DNA of 62,998 bases, filler included, from Circinaria calcarea (GCA_051942165.1; 48 parts of 48 records of this genome joined end to end with filler, not necessarily neighbours in it), one strand, 5' to 3'; positions 37,125 to 51,178 are shown, counted from the whole stretch's first letter. Translations and numbers: made by a program. Notes: generated by a model not told the origin, from the letters alone.

Positions 37125-37794
37125 GGTGGGGAAGTCCCCGGGGGTATGACTTGATCGATGTATTGACGGCGAGATGTATTTTTTAAACCCCGGTTGGGAT
37201 GATCAAATGACCCTCTAGCGTCATGGGTTTTGCTTGCATACCATACTGGTTGGCTTGGCAGGGGTAAAAAAGGCATACGGGCTTAGTGTTGCCACGATTG
37301 AGCAGCCTTGCTTGGGGGCTTGCTTTTATAGCCAAGAGGGCTGCCTTCTGACCTTTGTATAAACCCTGTAGTATATTCATCTCGTCCTCCTTTACTGATG
37401 ATGATGATGATGGACATGGCAGTCTAGCAATCTGGACATGGCAGTCTGGCAGTCAGGCAGTCCCCCCGAATCTGTTCTATTTACATTACCCAGTCTCTGT
37501 GTGTATTATAAAGTAACTTTACAGTAGATACTTTAGACAGTGGAGTGGTAACGTGGTATAGTGGTGAGGAGAGGTTACAGTTATGTTTTAAATTCCCCCA
37601 TCTTGACGGCATCAGGCATCAGGTATCAGTGTAGCTGTAGAATTAACTTTTTGGAACATTACATTCCCCTCCCGTCCATTCCCTCCATTCCCTCCGTTCC
37701 ACCAACCCTTCTTCCCCAAGAACCTACCTTACCTAATCTCCCAACCCCTCATCACCTCTCCCCTTCCCGCAAATCGCCAACCCAGCCCCTCTCA

Positions 37795-38145
37795 TCACGC
37801 CTTCTTCGTCATCTTCTTCCCCGCCTTCCGCTGATCCCTCTCCCTCTCCTTTTCCAGAAACTTCCGCTGCTCCTCGGCGCTCATGCCCTTGAGCCTCGCC
37901 TCCCGCTCCGCCTTCTTTCTTTTCCCCTCCTCCAGCCGCCGCTCATCCGCCCGCTCACCCTCGTCCACCTTCTTCAGTTTGCGGATTTCCTCGTCTCTCG
38001 TGGCGCGGATCTTGCGCGTGACTTCGGGCCGGAAGTGCGCCGAGGCGGCGAGGGTGTCAGGGAGGCGGAGGAAGTGGGTGAAGGGGGGGAGGGTGGGACT
38101 GTAGGCGGAGAAGTGGGTGCTGGGCGGGAGGCGGAGGGAGAGGGA
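37795..38145 (-). CDS. CCDC47/DUF1682 (PAT complex subunit) C-terminus
   Basis: LRLPDTLAASAHFRPEVTRKIRATRDEE...MSAEEQRKFLEKERE. Confidence 0.8.
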   Translation of the reverse strand, partial: SLSLRLPPSTHFSAYSPTLPPFTHFLRLPDTLAASAHFRPEVTRKIRATRDEEIRKLKKVDEGERADERRLEEGKRKKAEREARLKGMSAEEQRKFLEKERERDQRKAGKKMTKKA

Positions 38146-39320
38146 GNNNNNNNNNNNNNNNNNNNNNNNNNNNNNNNNNNNNNNNNNNNNTTAATTAATT
38201 AANNNNNNNNNNNNNNNNNNNNNNNNNNNNNNNNNNNNNNNNNNNNCTCCCATCCCCATCCCCATCCCACTTCTCATTTTATTTAGTATCGGCATCGGCA
38301 GGCCAACCTTCCCCCCCAGGGAAAAGGGAAAAGGGAAAAGGGAAAAGGGGAAAAAGAAACCTTCTCCCCCCCCCCGGGGGCGAAAAAAAGCGAGAGAAAG
38401 CGAGAGAAAATTCCCGGTTTTCCGGGGCGAGGGCGAGGGCGGGGAGCGGGAAAGTACGGTTGGAATTAGGTGAGGAAGATGAGGAAGATGAGGAAGATGA
38501 GGAAGCTGAGGGAAGATGAGGAAGGGGAGAGGGATATACCAAAGGAATCGGAGCCGCAGACCTGTCCCCATACTATTGAGGATTCTTTCTTCCTTGTATT
38601 GATACGTTGTAGGGACCGCTTTCCCGTAGCCCCGGAAGTTTTTGTTTCTTGTTTTTTTTTTTTTTGGCCGATCATAGGTTCTTTTTTCCTGTTGTTATGG
38701 TATCAATCATTCGTCGAATCCTGACCGGAGTCCTTCATTGAAACCTCACCCCCTACCCAGTTACCAATTTACCAAGACCATGAGGTTTTCCACGCAAGTG
38801 GGATGAGGAAGGGTGAAGAGTTTGGAGAACACTGATCCTGACGCCATTGCAACCCACATTTGTTAATGTGACAAGTGATCCAATCACGTGAGTTAGGCTC
38901 TCCAGCTGTGTTTCTTTAATCAAGCAAAAGACCGATTACTCCGGGTCGAAGACGAGGAAAGGAAGCGATGAGGGTTTACTAGGGAATGTCCAAGTATGAA
39001 TGTATTCCTTTTGGAATACATCGATAGGGCTGTGAAGAAGGGCCCATGGGATATAAGCTTGGAAACAACTCGGGATGGGGCTGAGTGTTATTCCAGGACT
39101 GGACGGTGGAAAGCGCCTGGAGAGAATAGTGATGGCAGATTGGCTACAGGGGTTCATTTTCTCGATGGATTGACGGAACTGATAGGCTTTAGGGGGTGGG
39201 TAATTCCGCGTGGAAATACACCTGCTGTACATAATGTGGATTGGATAATGTATAGCTATCTTGGCTAGCACAGCTCGGCAGCTGTTCTAACATTAGCATA
39301 ATTTTCCATGTCAAAGGTAT

Positions 39321-39458
39321 TGTCAAGAATAGGGGTTCTACACTGCGTGGAGGAACTAGTATTCGGAGCGGTCGAACCATCCACCGAACGCACACATAGC
39401 AGAGGTTTTCTGCTATGCAGTTCCATAGTGAAGTCCACACACATAGACTGGTAGTTAC
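39321..39458 (-). mobile_element. LTR family B, 3' end (minus strand ends ...CCTATTCTTGACA)
   Basis: 39368-39458 matches 19838-19928; CA terminus inferred. Confidence 0.7.
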
Positions 39459-41358
39459 NNNNNNNNNNNNNNNNNNNNNNNNNNNNNNNNNNNNNNNNNN
39501 NNTTAATTAATTAANNNNNNNNNNNNNNNNNNNNNNNNNNNNNNNNNNNNNNNNNNNNATTTTATTATACGCATATGATACGGTATGACCCTATGGAGAG
39601 AGTGACTGTACTATGGAGGGTAACTTGGTTGATTGGGGTGTTGCTAAATCTAAGTGGTGGGGGAAGACTAAATACTGCAGGTGCTGACTAAGCTCCACAA
39701 CGGGGAGCGAAGGTGGGAATGAAACTTTTTGTGGGGGGTTTGCACAGTGCACGGGGAGCACTGGGATGACGTTTAGGTATAGGAGGTTGGAGGTTGGAGG
39801 TTAGAGGTTTCAATTTGATGAGGGGGTTGGGAATGTATGTGGTAAGAGTAAGGTGTCACGGTGTGGGTGAGAGTTGATGGGTATGTATAATCGGGGGGGT
39901 TTTTTTTAGCATTCGATCAAGTAGGGCTTGTTTTTTCATTTATCTCAAAAAATAAATCAGATAATTCTTTTCAATAGCATCTGCAACCTATGGTACTTCC
40001 CCTCGCCCCGATTAAGGATTTAATATCCTTTTAATTTTCCCAAACCCTCCAGCCCCAGCAATTACGGAAGTATCCTCGATCGGTAGCAAATTTAATTGCC
40101 TCTTTGGTTGGGGGAAACAACCGGAAAGAACTATTTTTATCATTTTCCGCGAGATCTGGTTTGTTCCCATAAATATTCCAAATCTTTGATATAAATGAGA
40201 CGAAGCCGTGTGATTCCAAGACTCCCTCACCGCATCAATTTTTAGCCAAAAAAAAAAGCCTGGGCCTCCAACTTAAAATCGTCAACTCTATCTATTGACG
40301 AGCTCGGAATTGTGCTCCCAATAAAAGCACGGGTAAAACTACCAATTCCGTTGGTTAATCATACCCAATCTGATTTCTTTTGGTTAAGAAAAAAAATAAA
40401 AAATATGTCAATGTGAGCCAGAAAACCTTGCAACCCAGAAGAGTTCTTCCCTCCGCTCCACCCTTGCCTCAGCCTCCATGCCTCTCATTCTCACCTTCTT
40501 TTCCTCCGCAACCGATCCCAGCTCGATGCCTCGTTCTTAGGTCTTGTAGGCGAGCGTACTCTTCCACCGCGTCTTAGGCGCGGCGGAGGCACGCCAGCAT
40601 ATGCGAACAGAGAATGATCTAGGAGTGCATCCTTTCTTTCTTCTGCCGAAGAGAATTATTAATGCGAGAGGATTCAGCTGGCGGAAACGGCAATGGCACG
40701 GCAAGGGCAAACCCGGGGCAATGGCAATTCTGGGGGAGGGGGAATATGGAATGGTATTCCCCATGCGAGNNNNNNNNNNNNNNNNNNNNNNNNNNNNNNN
40801 NNNNNNNNNNNNNTTAATTAATTAANNNNNNNNNNNNNNNNNNNNNNNNNNNNNNNNNNNNNNNNNNNNGTATTGCCAAGTCTCAGGCTAAACGCCGTAA
40901 CACCGAAGCTGCTGCATGTCCGTCCATACCTTGGGGTTACTTTCGCACCTCGACCCGTTCTTTCCGTGCATCCCCCCCGGGTCACGGCAACTACCGCGGT
41001 AAGCCACTGCGGCGAGAAGAGAGCTGTATCTGGGACCAATTAGTCGAAGGGGGGGGGAAAAAAGGCCAGATCGCGGGAGCTTAAGGACTAGCCTCAATTC
41101 GCTTCCCTATTCTTGACCGGAGATGCGGTACGCGCCTGCTGTTCCGGGCCGCCACTCCTGGAAGGATAGGTTATTTACGAGAGAACGAAGGCAGCTGTTG
41201 AATGGACCCTGCCCCTAATGTGGGTGAGTGGATTTATAGTAGATGGGATAGATGAATAAGGCCGGTTTCCTGGGAGGGGAGAGGGAAGATGCAGCTAGAG
41301 GATAAAAGGTCGTATTAATTTATATATACGTCTTTCTGAATCAGCGTGACGTCCACGC

Positions 41359-42080
41359 TTATTTACCCAGCCCGGCAATCTCCTGAACTGGAATACACAC
41401 TTCAGCAGCTCGGGGCGAAGTACCGCGAGACGTTTGACTGATTGAGATGGTTCTCAGGATTGCAGGCCGTGGAGTCTCGTGCTTTATATCCATTTGCCCC
41501 TGGTCTGGATTCCTATACCCTCTCCCCTTGAGCCATGACTGATGCGGTTCGATATCCGTAGACGTCAGGGGCAGCTTCCCGAAAGACAAATTATCCATTT
41601 CGATGTATTTTTTCCTTGAAAGGGAGGTTCCGTCAGACGGTAAGCTAGTTGAGTGCTTCGATCTCGAGTCTGTGCGCCCAAAGAGGCGGGGTATAACCGG
41701 CAAACAGCTAACTATAAGGCCACTGGATACCTCGGCCATACTGGTTGCGAATCAGCAGAAATCCAGAAAGGTGGTGTACCGTTAGATGATGCAACCCATA
41801 CTTACGCCCATAGTGATACTGGTAGCAGAACGTAGGTAATATCCGGGTTGTCCACGCTTCGGATGCTCTCAACCAGCCGCATGACGCTTGAAATACAGGC
41901 GCTGTGACGTGTCAGGAGCCAGCAGCTGGATATCAAATAGAATGGGAGAAAATACAATAGCCCAGTCGCAAATACCAATGATATCTTGGCCTTCTTTTCG
42001 GTCGGCAAATGTAGTTGCCAGACCCAGGAGAGGGGCAACATCAGAATAGAGAAGTCGGAGCAAATGTTGATTGCTGCCGT
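41359..42080 (-). CDS. PTH11-like (fungal rhodopsin domain) membrane protein, C-terminal part; introns 41902-41955 and 41741-41805
   Basis: NICSDFSILMLPLSWVWQLHLPTEKK...ACISSVMRL...AEVSSGLIVSCLP. Confidence 0.88.
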
Positions 42081-42180
42081 NNNNNNNNNNNNNNNNNNNN
42101 NNNNNNNNNNNNNNNNNNNNNNNNTTAATTAATTAANNNNNNNNNNNNNNNNNNNNNNNNNNNNNNNNNNNNNNNNNNNN

Positions 42181-42345
42181 TCTTGACCAAGTCCCCCACC
42201 GCGATTGCGCCGACAAACGCCGAGAGACGCGCATTTTCGCCCTTTTCTTCCGTGACATCGTCTCCAAAGATCTGGGTTGGATTAAAGGCAGCCTATACTA
42301 GGTGAGAATTAGAATTAACCAGGAGGAGGCAGCACAACATACCAT
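42181..42345 (-). CDS. CCT2: Chaperonin CCT beta subunit, N-terminus; intron 42293-42342
   Basis: M/AAFNPTQIFGDDVTEEKGENARLSAFVGAIAVGDLVK. Confidence 0.93.
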
Positions 42346-42824
42346 TTTGAAGGATAGCTGTATGCTGTTCAACGCTCAAAAATTTGAGCAAAGTTCCAGG
42401 CGACGCGAATTTGACTTCATCCCACGCTAGCAAGGTAAAGCTTCTCCTGCCAAAGGTCGGCTATTAACTTTAACACCACATCTTTATCGTCGGGGATTTT
42501 GATGTAAAGGCCACTTGGATTTACGAAACTGGCCTGATCCCAGTGTCTGTAATACATTCACTTGGATTGAAAGTTGTCGCACATAAACCCTAAGGGCCGC
42601 CAAATTGCTCGACTTATCCATTCACAAAACAGCGAATACAAGGAGATAGGTGTCTCCGGAGTACCGTATGCTGCAGTTGATGGCATTTCCGCAGCTATCA
42701 ATTTCTATGAATACATTCCGCCCAGTTCCCTTGAAGCTCGTACGTCTTCTTTAAGAGCTCTCAACTCTTACTTGTCCGAAACTACTATCGAGACACATAT
42801 GTCCTACATGGCCGCTTTAGATAT

Positions 42825-43369
42825 CTACACAGTGTCCTCACGTGCATCCAGCCGGGTCTTGGCTCGTAACTCCTCATTCACAGCACATGAGAGTGCTCTC
42901 AAGGCTTCTTCGATTGGGCATGGATCGATCGTGGTATGGAGCGCAAGAGCCAGTGTTGGAAGTCGTCTGAGTGTACGGCCACTTAACCCCTGAGCAATGC
43001 CATTAGAAATCAGAATCATGGTTTGAAACATTGAGGCAAGCTTACCTTGCTGTTCTCAGCAATATCCCATAGCTTTTTTGCAGGAGCATTGACATCGGAC
43101 CCGTAACGCAGCTGCATCAGCTCAAAATCCGGCATAACCTCCTTGTCAAGAACATGCCAACGACTCTGGAACGTTACAGTACTGGGAGAAGCGCACTCGG
43201 GATCCCCTTCGACCATGCAGGTATCTCCATCCTCATAGTAATGAATGGGTGCGATGATCCCGCATTGGGCAAGCTCGAAATAGCACCTACGATAGACCTC
43301 ATATCGAGCCTTTACGCTGGGGTTGGGTATATACTGTTTGATGTCTACGCGGTCAAGAAAGGCGTTATC
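42825..43369 (-). CDS. PCH2: Pachytene checkpoint AAA+ ATPase Pch2/TRIP13, C-terminus; intron 42990-43045
   Basis: DNAFLDRVDIKQYIPNP and GLSGRTLRRLP. Confidence 0.87.
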
Positions 43370-44395
43370 CTGATAAGGCGTCAACAAATGANNNNNNNNN
43401 NNNNNNNNNNNNNNNNNNNNNNNNNNNNNNNNNNNTTAATTAATTAANNNNNNNNNNNNNNNNNNNNNNNNNNNNNNNNNNNNNNNNNNNNGGGGTTATG
43501 GTGTGGGGGGAATGGGAGGAGGGCGAGGGAACGTACGGCAGAGAATCATAAAGGTGGCGAAAGATTGGGAACCGTAGCCCCAAGCCATGTTTGTTTGCTG
43601 TGGGAGGGAATTTCGGATTGGGGAAAATAGGGAGACGTAGGCTTCGGAGGGTTTTGGGGATGGCAGTCTCGCCGGATGCGCCTAAGGAATAAGTAGGAAG
43701 GGTACAGCGAGAAGCTGGGATATGAATTGGAGGGACTCGAGAGTCTCGTCTCCCCTCACGGATTGTGCGGAGAACTAGGAGGGTGCTCGAGGTCAATTGC
43801 TCCCAATGGACCAGTAGATCGGATCGCTTTCTTGTCCGCGGGTTGGGAAAAGATAGGACTTGTTCTACTGGGTCCGGCAGTCTCTCCGGATCAGCCGAGA
43901 TTTATCGCATTTATAGCTGGAGTCGTGTTGCGGGTGGATACCGGCTATCGTCTCTCTTCTTTGTCGAGGGTTTTCGTTTGATCTTGGAAGTTGAGATGTG
44001 CTGCATCATCGATGGTGGACGTTGGTGGGATATCTAGGTACCATCGGTTTACCTTCCTCGCCTGCAGACTCGTACAACAAGTACCGCCCAAACTGCGTCT
44101 AAGGCCCTTTCTACCCGAGGCAATCACGTGTTTCAAAAGGGTTCTCTCCTAGTTAATCCTTTGAATTGACAACTGCTATGACAGCTAGATACGCATACAC
44201 AATCTTGCTAAAAATGAGCAACAACAGTGCTTTCAAGTATTTGAGGAAAACTCCTCTCCCTATCCAACCCAGGGCCGGAACGCCATTCCTAGATTCATAG
44301 CACCTGACAATATCTCGTATAATTTTCAACCAACTTTTCCATAAGCCAGCGTACATTTAGTGTACAAAAACGCAGAAAGACGCCCACTAACTCCT

Positions 44396-44701
44396 CTATC
44401 GTTGATATCGCGGTAAGCTTTCGATTCCGTCATAATCATCGTTAATTGCGGAGCGTAAAGAAGATCCAGGATTGATATTTTGTGTATAATTCGATTGATA
44501 TTCGTCGTCCTCATTCAGTACTGGAGCGCTAGGGGCTCCAACATCGAATCCGTTCAGGCCACTAGCTTCTGCCTCTTCCTCGTCGTATTCATCACCAGGA
44601 GCGCTTGCTGCTGCTAGTAACCGTTGACGTTCCATCTCCTGCTTGTCATCTTGCACACTACTGCCAATGTGTTCATCTGGCCGCAGATTCGCTTCCCCAT
44701 T
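44396..44701 (-). CDS. palF: pH-response arrestin PalF/Rim8, C-terminus
   Basis: DDKQEMERQRLLAAASAP...PSAP...ESLPRYQR*. Confidence 0.72.
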   Translation of the reverse strand, partial: NGEANLRPDEHIGSSVQDDKQEMERQRLLAAASAPGDEYDEEEAEASGLNGFDVGAPSAPVLNEDDEYQSNYTQNINPGSSLRSAINDDYDGIESLPRYQR

Positions 44702-46110
44702 NNNNNNNNNNNNNNNNNNNNNNNNNNNNNNNNNNNNNNNNNNNNTTAATTAATTAANNNNNNNNNNNNNNNNNNNNNNNNNNNNNNNNNNNNNNNNNNN
44801 NAGGTTGGGGAGGCAGAAAGGTTTATATTTTTGATTTTTTCCGAGATCGATTTCGATTTCGATTTCGACGTTCAGGTTTTTCTGGTTTTCAGTTTTCAGG
44901 TATTCTACACAGTGTGAGAAATGTGAGAGTGTTGCAGTACAGATTCCCGGCAAGGGCCCAAAGGTATTGTATTGTATTGTATAGTTGGGATTTAAATCAT
45001 CTACTACGAAAAACTACAATAACGGTGACGATGATAATGATAATACGGACGTATAGGATAGCATAGAATAGGATACCGGGTATCTTCACATCTCCCCCAT
45101 CTCCGGCACTCGGATTACTCAGGCACTTCAGGCACCCCAGCTCTAGATATAGAATCAGACGGAATAAAAAAGAAAGTAAAAGTAAAAATAGAAGGTGAAG
45201 TATTATAAAATCTAAATCTAAATCCAAACCTAAATCCAAATCCAAACCCCATACTACAACCACAACAACAATCACCTACCCAGTATTCATTTATTCATTA
45301 CTCGCGATGTTTTCCGGATCCCGAGAAAACAGGATCCTAGGGGAAAAAAAAAAAAAAAAAAAGGACCCAGGTGAGAGTCAACTTTATCTTAGCTTAGCTT
45401 TCGTTGGAATTTTCAATTACTAATTCATCAATTTATCAAATTAAGGCTTAAAACTGACTAGGGATTGGGGGATTAGAAACATTTCGGGGTAGAGCCACCC
45501 GGAGCAAATAAACAGCTTGGAATCTCCGTGAGGGATTGTCTATCTGTTAGAATGGGTTTATAGGAACATTGGTTCTTGGGGGGATTAGAAAGACGCGTAT
45601 CTGATGGCAGGTACGCCGGGAGTTCTTTGGAGTTGGAGTTTGATACTCTGGGCGAGGGGGAGGGTTCTTTCGGGTCGCACATGCTAAATTTCTTAGGGTT
45701 TACGATTCCGACTATTGCCGCATAGCCAACTGAGCGAGTCGTCTATCATCTTCTTCCCCTTGCACCGGATGTGAAAACCAAGTGAACTCAGAATCCCTGA
45801 TATGTGAAAACCAATCTCCCGCCACAATTGCCCCCACTAAAACTCTGCTCATACCCTATCCCTCCCTTTCCAATCGTCACATGCACAGTCTCGAGACTAC
45901 AGCTCGTCTTCGAATCGCCATAGTCGAGCGTACAACTCACCTGATCAGACGCCGGCACGGAGAAAAACTCAGAGGCCTTGCAGTAAGGATCTGTGATGCA
46001 GGCGACGCAGNNNNNNNNNNNNNNNNNNNNNNNNNNNNNNNNNNNNNNNNNNNNTTAATTAATTAANNNNNNNNNNNNNNNNNNNNNNNNNNNNNNNNNN
46101 NNNNNNNNNN

Positions 46111-46530
46111 CGCCTCTATTCGGTCAAGATGTCCAGCAATCGCCCGCCAGATATAGAACCGACCTCCATCCTGGAATAAGAATCGGAGATCATCGTGCAT
46201 TGCCAAGATCGGGATACCTTTCTCGGACGGAAACTTGTACCCAGCAAGGTCGTCGGTGTACGGGAAGCCTTCGAACTCTTCAGGATCGTTAGACCAGTCC
46301 GCCGGGATATAGTTAGCATCAACTTTGTAATATTGGACGCCGGTTTCCTTGTCCTTTTCCAGGGTCATGATGTTCTGGTACAAATTAATACAGAAGATAC
46401 ACACTACAAAGCTTAGGCTAACCGGACTAGCTGCCTTCATCGAAACCGTACTAAAGCTGGCATGACCTTGAGTCTGGGACTGTGTAGCAGGAGAGTGTGT
46501 CTGCGAGTCCGTGTCAGCGGCACCCTTCAT
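46111..46530 (-). CDS. Hypothetical protein fragment
   Basis: Protein-like ORF, IPADWSNDPE...RFLFQDGGRFYIW; start uncertain. Confidence 0.4.
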
Positions 46531-47419
46531 GAATAGTAAATGCCGGTAGGGGATAACCTACCTTTACCGAACTCATTCGAGCAAATGATGGCAGCTGTCT
46601 CGGGATAGCAAGTACCTTGCGACATCGAGCTATTGGATTGATGAACCCGAGGGACGGACAACGGGAGAAGCGGCGAAACGCGATGGACATGGCCGGGTCT
46701 ATTGAGGAAAAACCACTATCAGGGTCGATAGCTAGCAACACTTGCTCTCTCCGACTTAGATATAATCAAAAGCGTACCAGCATATAAGTCTGGCGGGGGT
46801 TTCATCTGGTCTTGATTTTCTAGAACGGATTTCTTTTTGCTGCAAGTGAGTTTAGCTGCGACCTGCAAATAGAGAAACAGGAGGAGGGAACCAGCAGACC
46901 ACGCAAAAGTAGCGCTATTGGGATTTGGACCCAATTCTAGTGATACTGCCTCAGTGTCTATTGATTGCACATACACGCGCTTTCAGATATCTGTTGATCT
47001 TTAAACTCTTGACACAGATCATCAGTCTTAGACTTGGATGCACCGCCCCGCTGAAATCTGGCTCCAAGGGTCAAGACTTCTTACACCATGAATTTGATGC
47101 TTTATTTCTCACGGACATATTTGCCCCGAGACTTCGGCCTTCTATTATACCTATCCGGGTTTTGTTTACTAGCTGGCCATTCATGGCCGCTCGTCTAGTG
47201 ATCAAATTTCTTGCCCAAGATACGGCAGGTTCAGTCTGCACCCGGCTCTTAGGCTACGACTTGCCAGCATTGAGTTAAAATTGTGGCACTGTGATATCAT
47301 AGCGCAAGGATCCACTTTTNNNNNNNNNNNNNNNNNNNNNNNNNNNNNNNNNNNNNNNNNNNNTTAATTAATTAANNNNNNNNNNNNNNNNNNNNNNNNN
47401 NNNNNNNNNNNNNNNNNNN

Positions 47420-48627
47420 CAGCTACGACGAAATTATTAAAATCCCTACAGAATCCTAACCGGGACACGGTGATTTGCGCAACTGCCGCTGTCATCCTTA
47501 ACGTCTACGAAGTCATGTCCGTCAAAGCTTTGCAGAGGATGAACCATATTGCTGGGGCCCGTGCGCTAATTAAAGAGTGCGGCTGGAGCGCACGGTCTGT
47601 CGGAATCGGAGCAGCGTGTTTCTGGCTCAACGTTGGCATGGAGCTGCTTAGCTGCTTGCACTTTAACTGGCAAGTAGCGTGGGAGCCTGATGACTGGGGT
47701 GTCGACATGGATCTCAGTCGAGAAACCAAGGCGGGACAGGAGGAGTTGTGGACTTATCGCATTGTCTATATCACTGCCAAGATCGCAAACTTCAGGGCCT
47801 CGATTCCACGATTCACGGACGCTAATCCAGCTGCCCAAAATCAGCGACTTCAGAACCGTTGTGATGAGTGGAACAAATTGAAGGAATGGTGTGATCCATG
47901 GAATGAGAACATTCCGCGGACGATGCATCCTATGGCATATCTATATCCATATCAGACCACCTCAAAGTCCGCATTTCCGGAAGTTTGGTAGGTCCAGACC
48001 TCCCAGGCATCTGCTAAAATCATGCTGATCATGTCTAGGCTGATTAAACGGACTACTATTGTCGCACGGCTCTTCTACCATACGGCCGTGTGCTTGCTGT
48101 CGCAGATTCATCCGATGATGTCAACTTCAGAAGTGCAAGAGATGCATGATATGCAACTACAACATTCACGTCAGATTTGCGGCATCGTAGCACACGTCAA
48201 GGATAGGTGATTCGGGCTCTTCTTATTCAACACTGCTCTTGCTGATTATGCCTAGGGGTGTTGCAAGCGTGGCACTACGCTGCCTAGCCATTGCTGCCGA
48301 ATGTCTCGTGGTACTCCGGGAACAAGAAGAAGTCCTTTCGATATTCGAAAAAATCCAAAAAGAGACCGGATGGCGTGTGGACTTTCTTGCGCCAGAATTG
48401 AAGAAGAAATGGGGATGGGACCAGGACGTGTATCGACAGCATCAGCAACCGCCACCGCAAATGCCAGTCGCGACGATGCCAGCCCCGCCCTTGTATGATT
48501 ACTATCAACAGCAGCCCTCATCTCTACCACCTGCTCCGCCTGTCCCAACTATTTCAGCCTTACCAAAGGGGATCGTCAATCCCTTGATGAGAACCGCCGA
48601 CTTTAATGCACCCACGCATCCCTACCA
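47420..48627 (+). CDS. Fungal-specific transcription factor domain protein (C6 TF family), C-terminal part; introns 47988-48038 and 48207-48255
   Basis: RMNHIAGARALIKECGW, ACFWLNVGME, ICGIVAHVKDR/GVASV, Q/P-rich tail. Confidence 0.82.
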
Positions 48628-49532
48628 NNNNNNNNNNNNNNNNNNNNNNNNNNNNNNNNNNNNNNNNNNNNTTAATTAATTAANNNNNNNNNNNNNNNNN
48701 NNNNNNNNNNNNNNNNNNNNNNNNNNNCCCTTCCCCCCTCCCAATTCACCCACCCTGCAACTTACATACCCAAACCCCCCAAAATCTATCTACACTCGTG
48801 AGAGTCTCCTATCCCATCTCAACCGACATTGATAAATATAGATTCGCGTCCAGACGGAAAAAACGGAAGAAAATAGCAAATAATAGATATAGGGTGGTAA
48901 GTAGTAATAAAAGGGAGTTAGAGGAACGGGAAGAAGGAAATAGCTCAAGCGAGAAGTTTTTCAGGATTACTAGAAATTTATATTAGAGGAGATATTCAAA
49001 TTATAATATAAATTTTATATTAAATAGAGAGCCCAAGCCTACCGCCGTATGCCATGCAGAAGTTCTATACTACCATACCCTTATTAGTCCTAGCGTGGGC
49101 TATAGAGTTTTCCCCCTTGGCTTTTCGCACTTTGCGAACTATATCCATCTTTGCATAGAGGGAGGTTATATAATATATCGACTGTTGCGTATATATTAAA
49201 ATACCCGTCTTAATGCATTGCTTAAGCCCCCTCCCTGCTATATGTTTAACATTTTCATCACTCGGGGAAATTGGTTTGGAGTGACTGTTTCGCGCAGATT
49301 AAATATTTAATAAATTGACTGTGAACTTTGCCAGTTGTGTATATAATCAATTTTCAACCTCAAAATTATAGGCATAGGGCTTATCAAGTCTCGTGTAATT
49401 TACCGATTACACGAACACCTCATACTATATGAAAGCTTTTCACTGTATGCTAGTTTGAAATGTAAAATTATATAGTAATACATGCACGTCACCATATATG
49501 CTGCTCAACACTTGATTGCTTCTACTCATCTA

Positions 49533-49935
49533 TCACGGATCCAGATAGAACATTATCATTAGTTCCCCATACTTCGTTGTATAGCGAGCCATGGGTATTT
49601 CATCCTCTAGTGTGACATCAGACATAGCGCCCCGCTTATCCCTACATAACCCAAAGTGCCAGTTCAACTGCCAGAAATCCACAGTAGAGATCCTAGAAGC
49701 TTGCCGTATCCTTTCACAGTCCCCCTCGTCAAGCCCGTAGGCTAATTGAGCTGTCATGAGGTTGGCCCATCGTAGCGTCGGAGGCTGACATTCCACGTTG
49801 ACTTCGCCTAGGTAAGCATTCTTTGACCAGGACTTCCAAGGACGAGATTCGTAATTATCAAGGATTTGCTCCAGTTGATCTATGAACTCCCCTTCTTCCT
49901 CATGGATGTCGTCAACGTCTTCCTTGGGCATCAAT
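49533..49935 (-). CDS. Hypothetical protein C-terminus
   Basis: 133-aa frame open from the contig end; family not recognised. Confidence 0.4.
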
Positions 49936-50768
49936 NNNNNNNNNNNNNNNNNNNNNNNNNNNNNNNNNNNNNNNNNNNNTTAATTAATTAANNNNNNNNN
50001 NNNNNNNNNNNNNNNNNNNNNNNNNNNNNNNNNNNAACCCACACTTAGGGTATGGATCAAGGCAGCCAAGGGGCTTCCATTGCCTTGACCAGCGATTCTA
50101 GCTACCAAGGACCCCACCGCTGTAGGCAGCCGTATTCATGCTAGCAGAGTCCGGTCTCGCCGTCATGGCCTGTATCCTCGACGCAAGGTGGAGTACCGGT
50201 AAGTCATGATTCGCACACACACGGATGCGGGAGTGAAGCGTTCGAGCTGACTTGGTGGGAGGTAGCCAGAACACCCTAATTCCCGGCCGATAGAACGCAA
50301 GCAATAATACGGCGTTGTTATGTAGGCCACTCCCTCGATTGGTGGGGGCAAGGGGCATCCAACCCGGGAAGCTACAGGGGGAGTGGGGAATGTAAGATAC
50401 TAAGCTAGCGTGGTTTACTGCCGGGTCACACTGCATCAACATTCAGCCATTTTCTATTTACACAGCTACCTTGTCTGGGGCTGGGTACGGAGTATCAGTT
50501 AACAAGTGGATGGTGGGTCTGGACAAGAGGGACTCAGCATGCAGTGGCAATCTGTCATCGCCCGGTTGTGAGATTTTCATCTACATGTCTCAATTGGTCT
50601 CATGCCTTATCTCCGCCTGTATTCGGCCAATGGTGGTAGTCCTGCCAACTTGGAGGTGCTTTTCTCTCGAAATCAGCTGCCCCTGACTGCTTCCCTTTGT
50701 CTCCCTTTCTTTCGGCATCTTTTTTGTGATACCTCAATATCCAGATTCAGACTCCAATTCTGCCTGCT

Positions 50769-51178
50769 ATGGTATGTATTCAATCTCTATCCATACTCCC
50801 TAGCTAAGCTTGTACACAGGAGACTGCAAGAAAAGACATTCCAAGCCTCAAGTCTGCATCGGCAGTTGAGGCAGGGGAAAACCCTGCTATCGCCGAGTCC
50901 AAATCACCCCTCCATACTCCCACGGATTGGGACGGGCCAGAAGATGTAGGGAATCCCCGCAACTGGAGTTTTGGGAAGAAGATATATGCTACAATTGTTC
51001 CAGCACTTTACGCCTTTGCTGTGTGCGTCGTTCTTCATCCTAGTGTTGCCCTTCTCTGACCCTTTTAGTGTCTTCGGAGTCTCTATTTACACTGCTGGTA
51101 TTCCCCAAATAGCAGAGCGTTTCAATGTAAGCCACACTGTGGCCATCCTCGGGTTCTCCTTATACTCCGAAGGTCTAG
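50769..51178 (+). CDS. MFS DHA1 drug:H+ antiporter, N-terminus; introns 50772-50819 and 51023-51068
   Basis: DWDGPEDVGNPRNWSFGKK; SIYTAGIPQIAERFNVS. Confidence 0.87.

Noticed and set aside
37561..38146. Leu/Pro-rich plus-strand ORF
   Set aside because: Antisense shadow of the charged CCDC47 C-terminus
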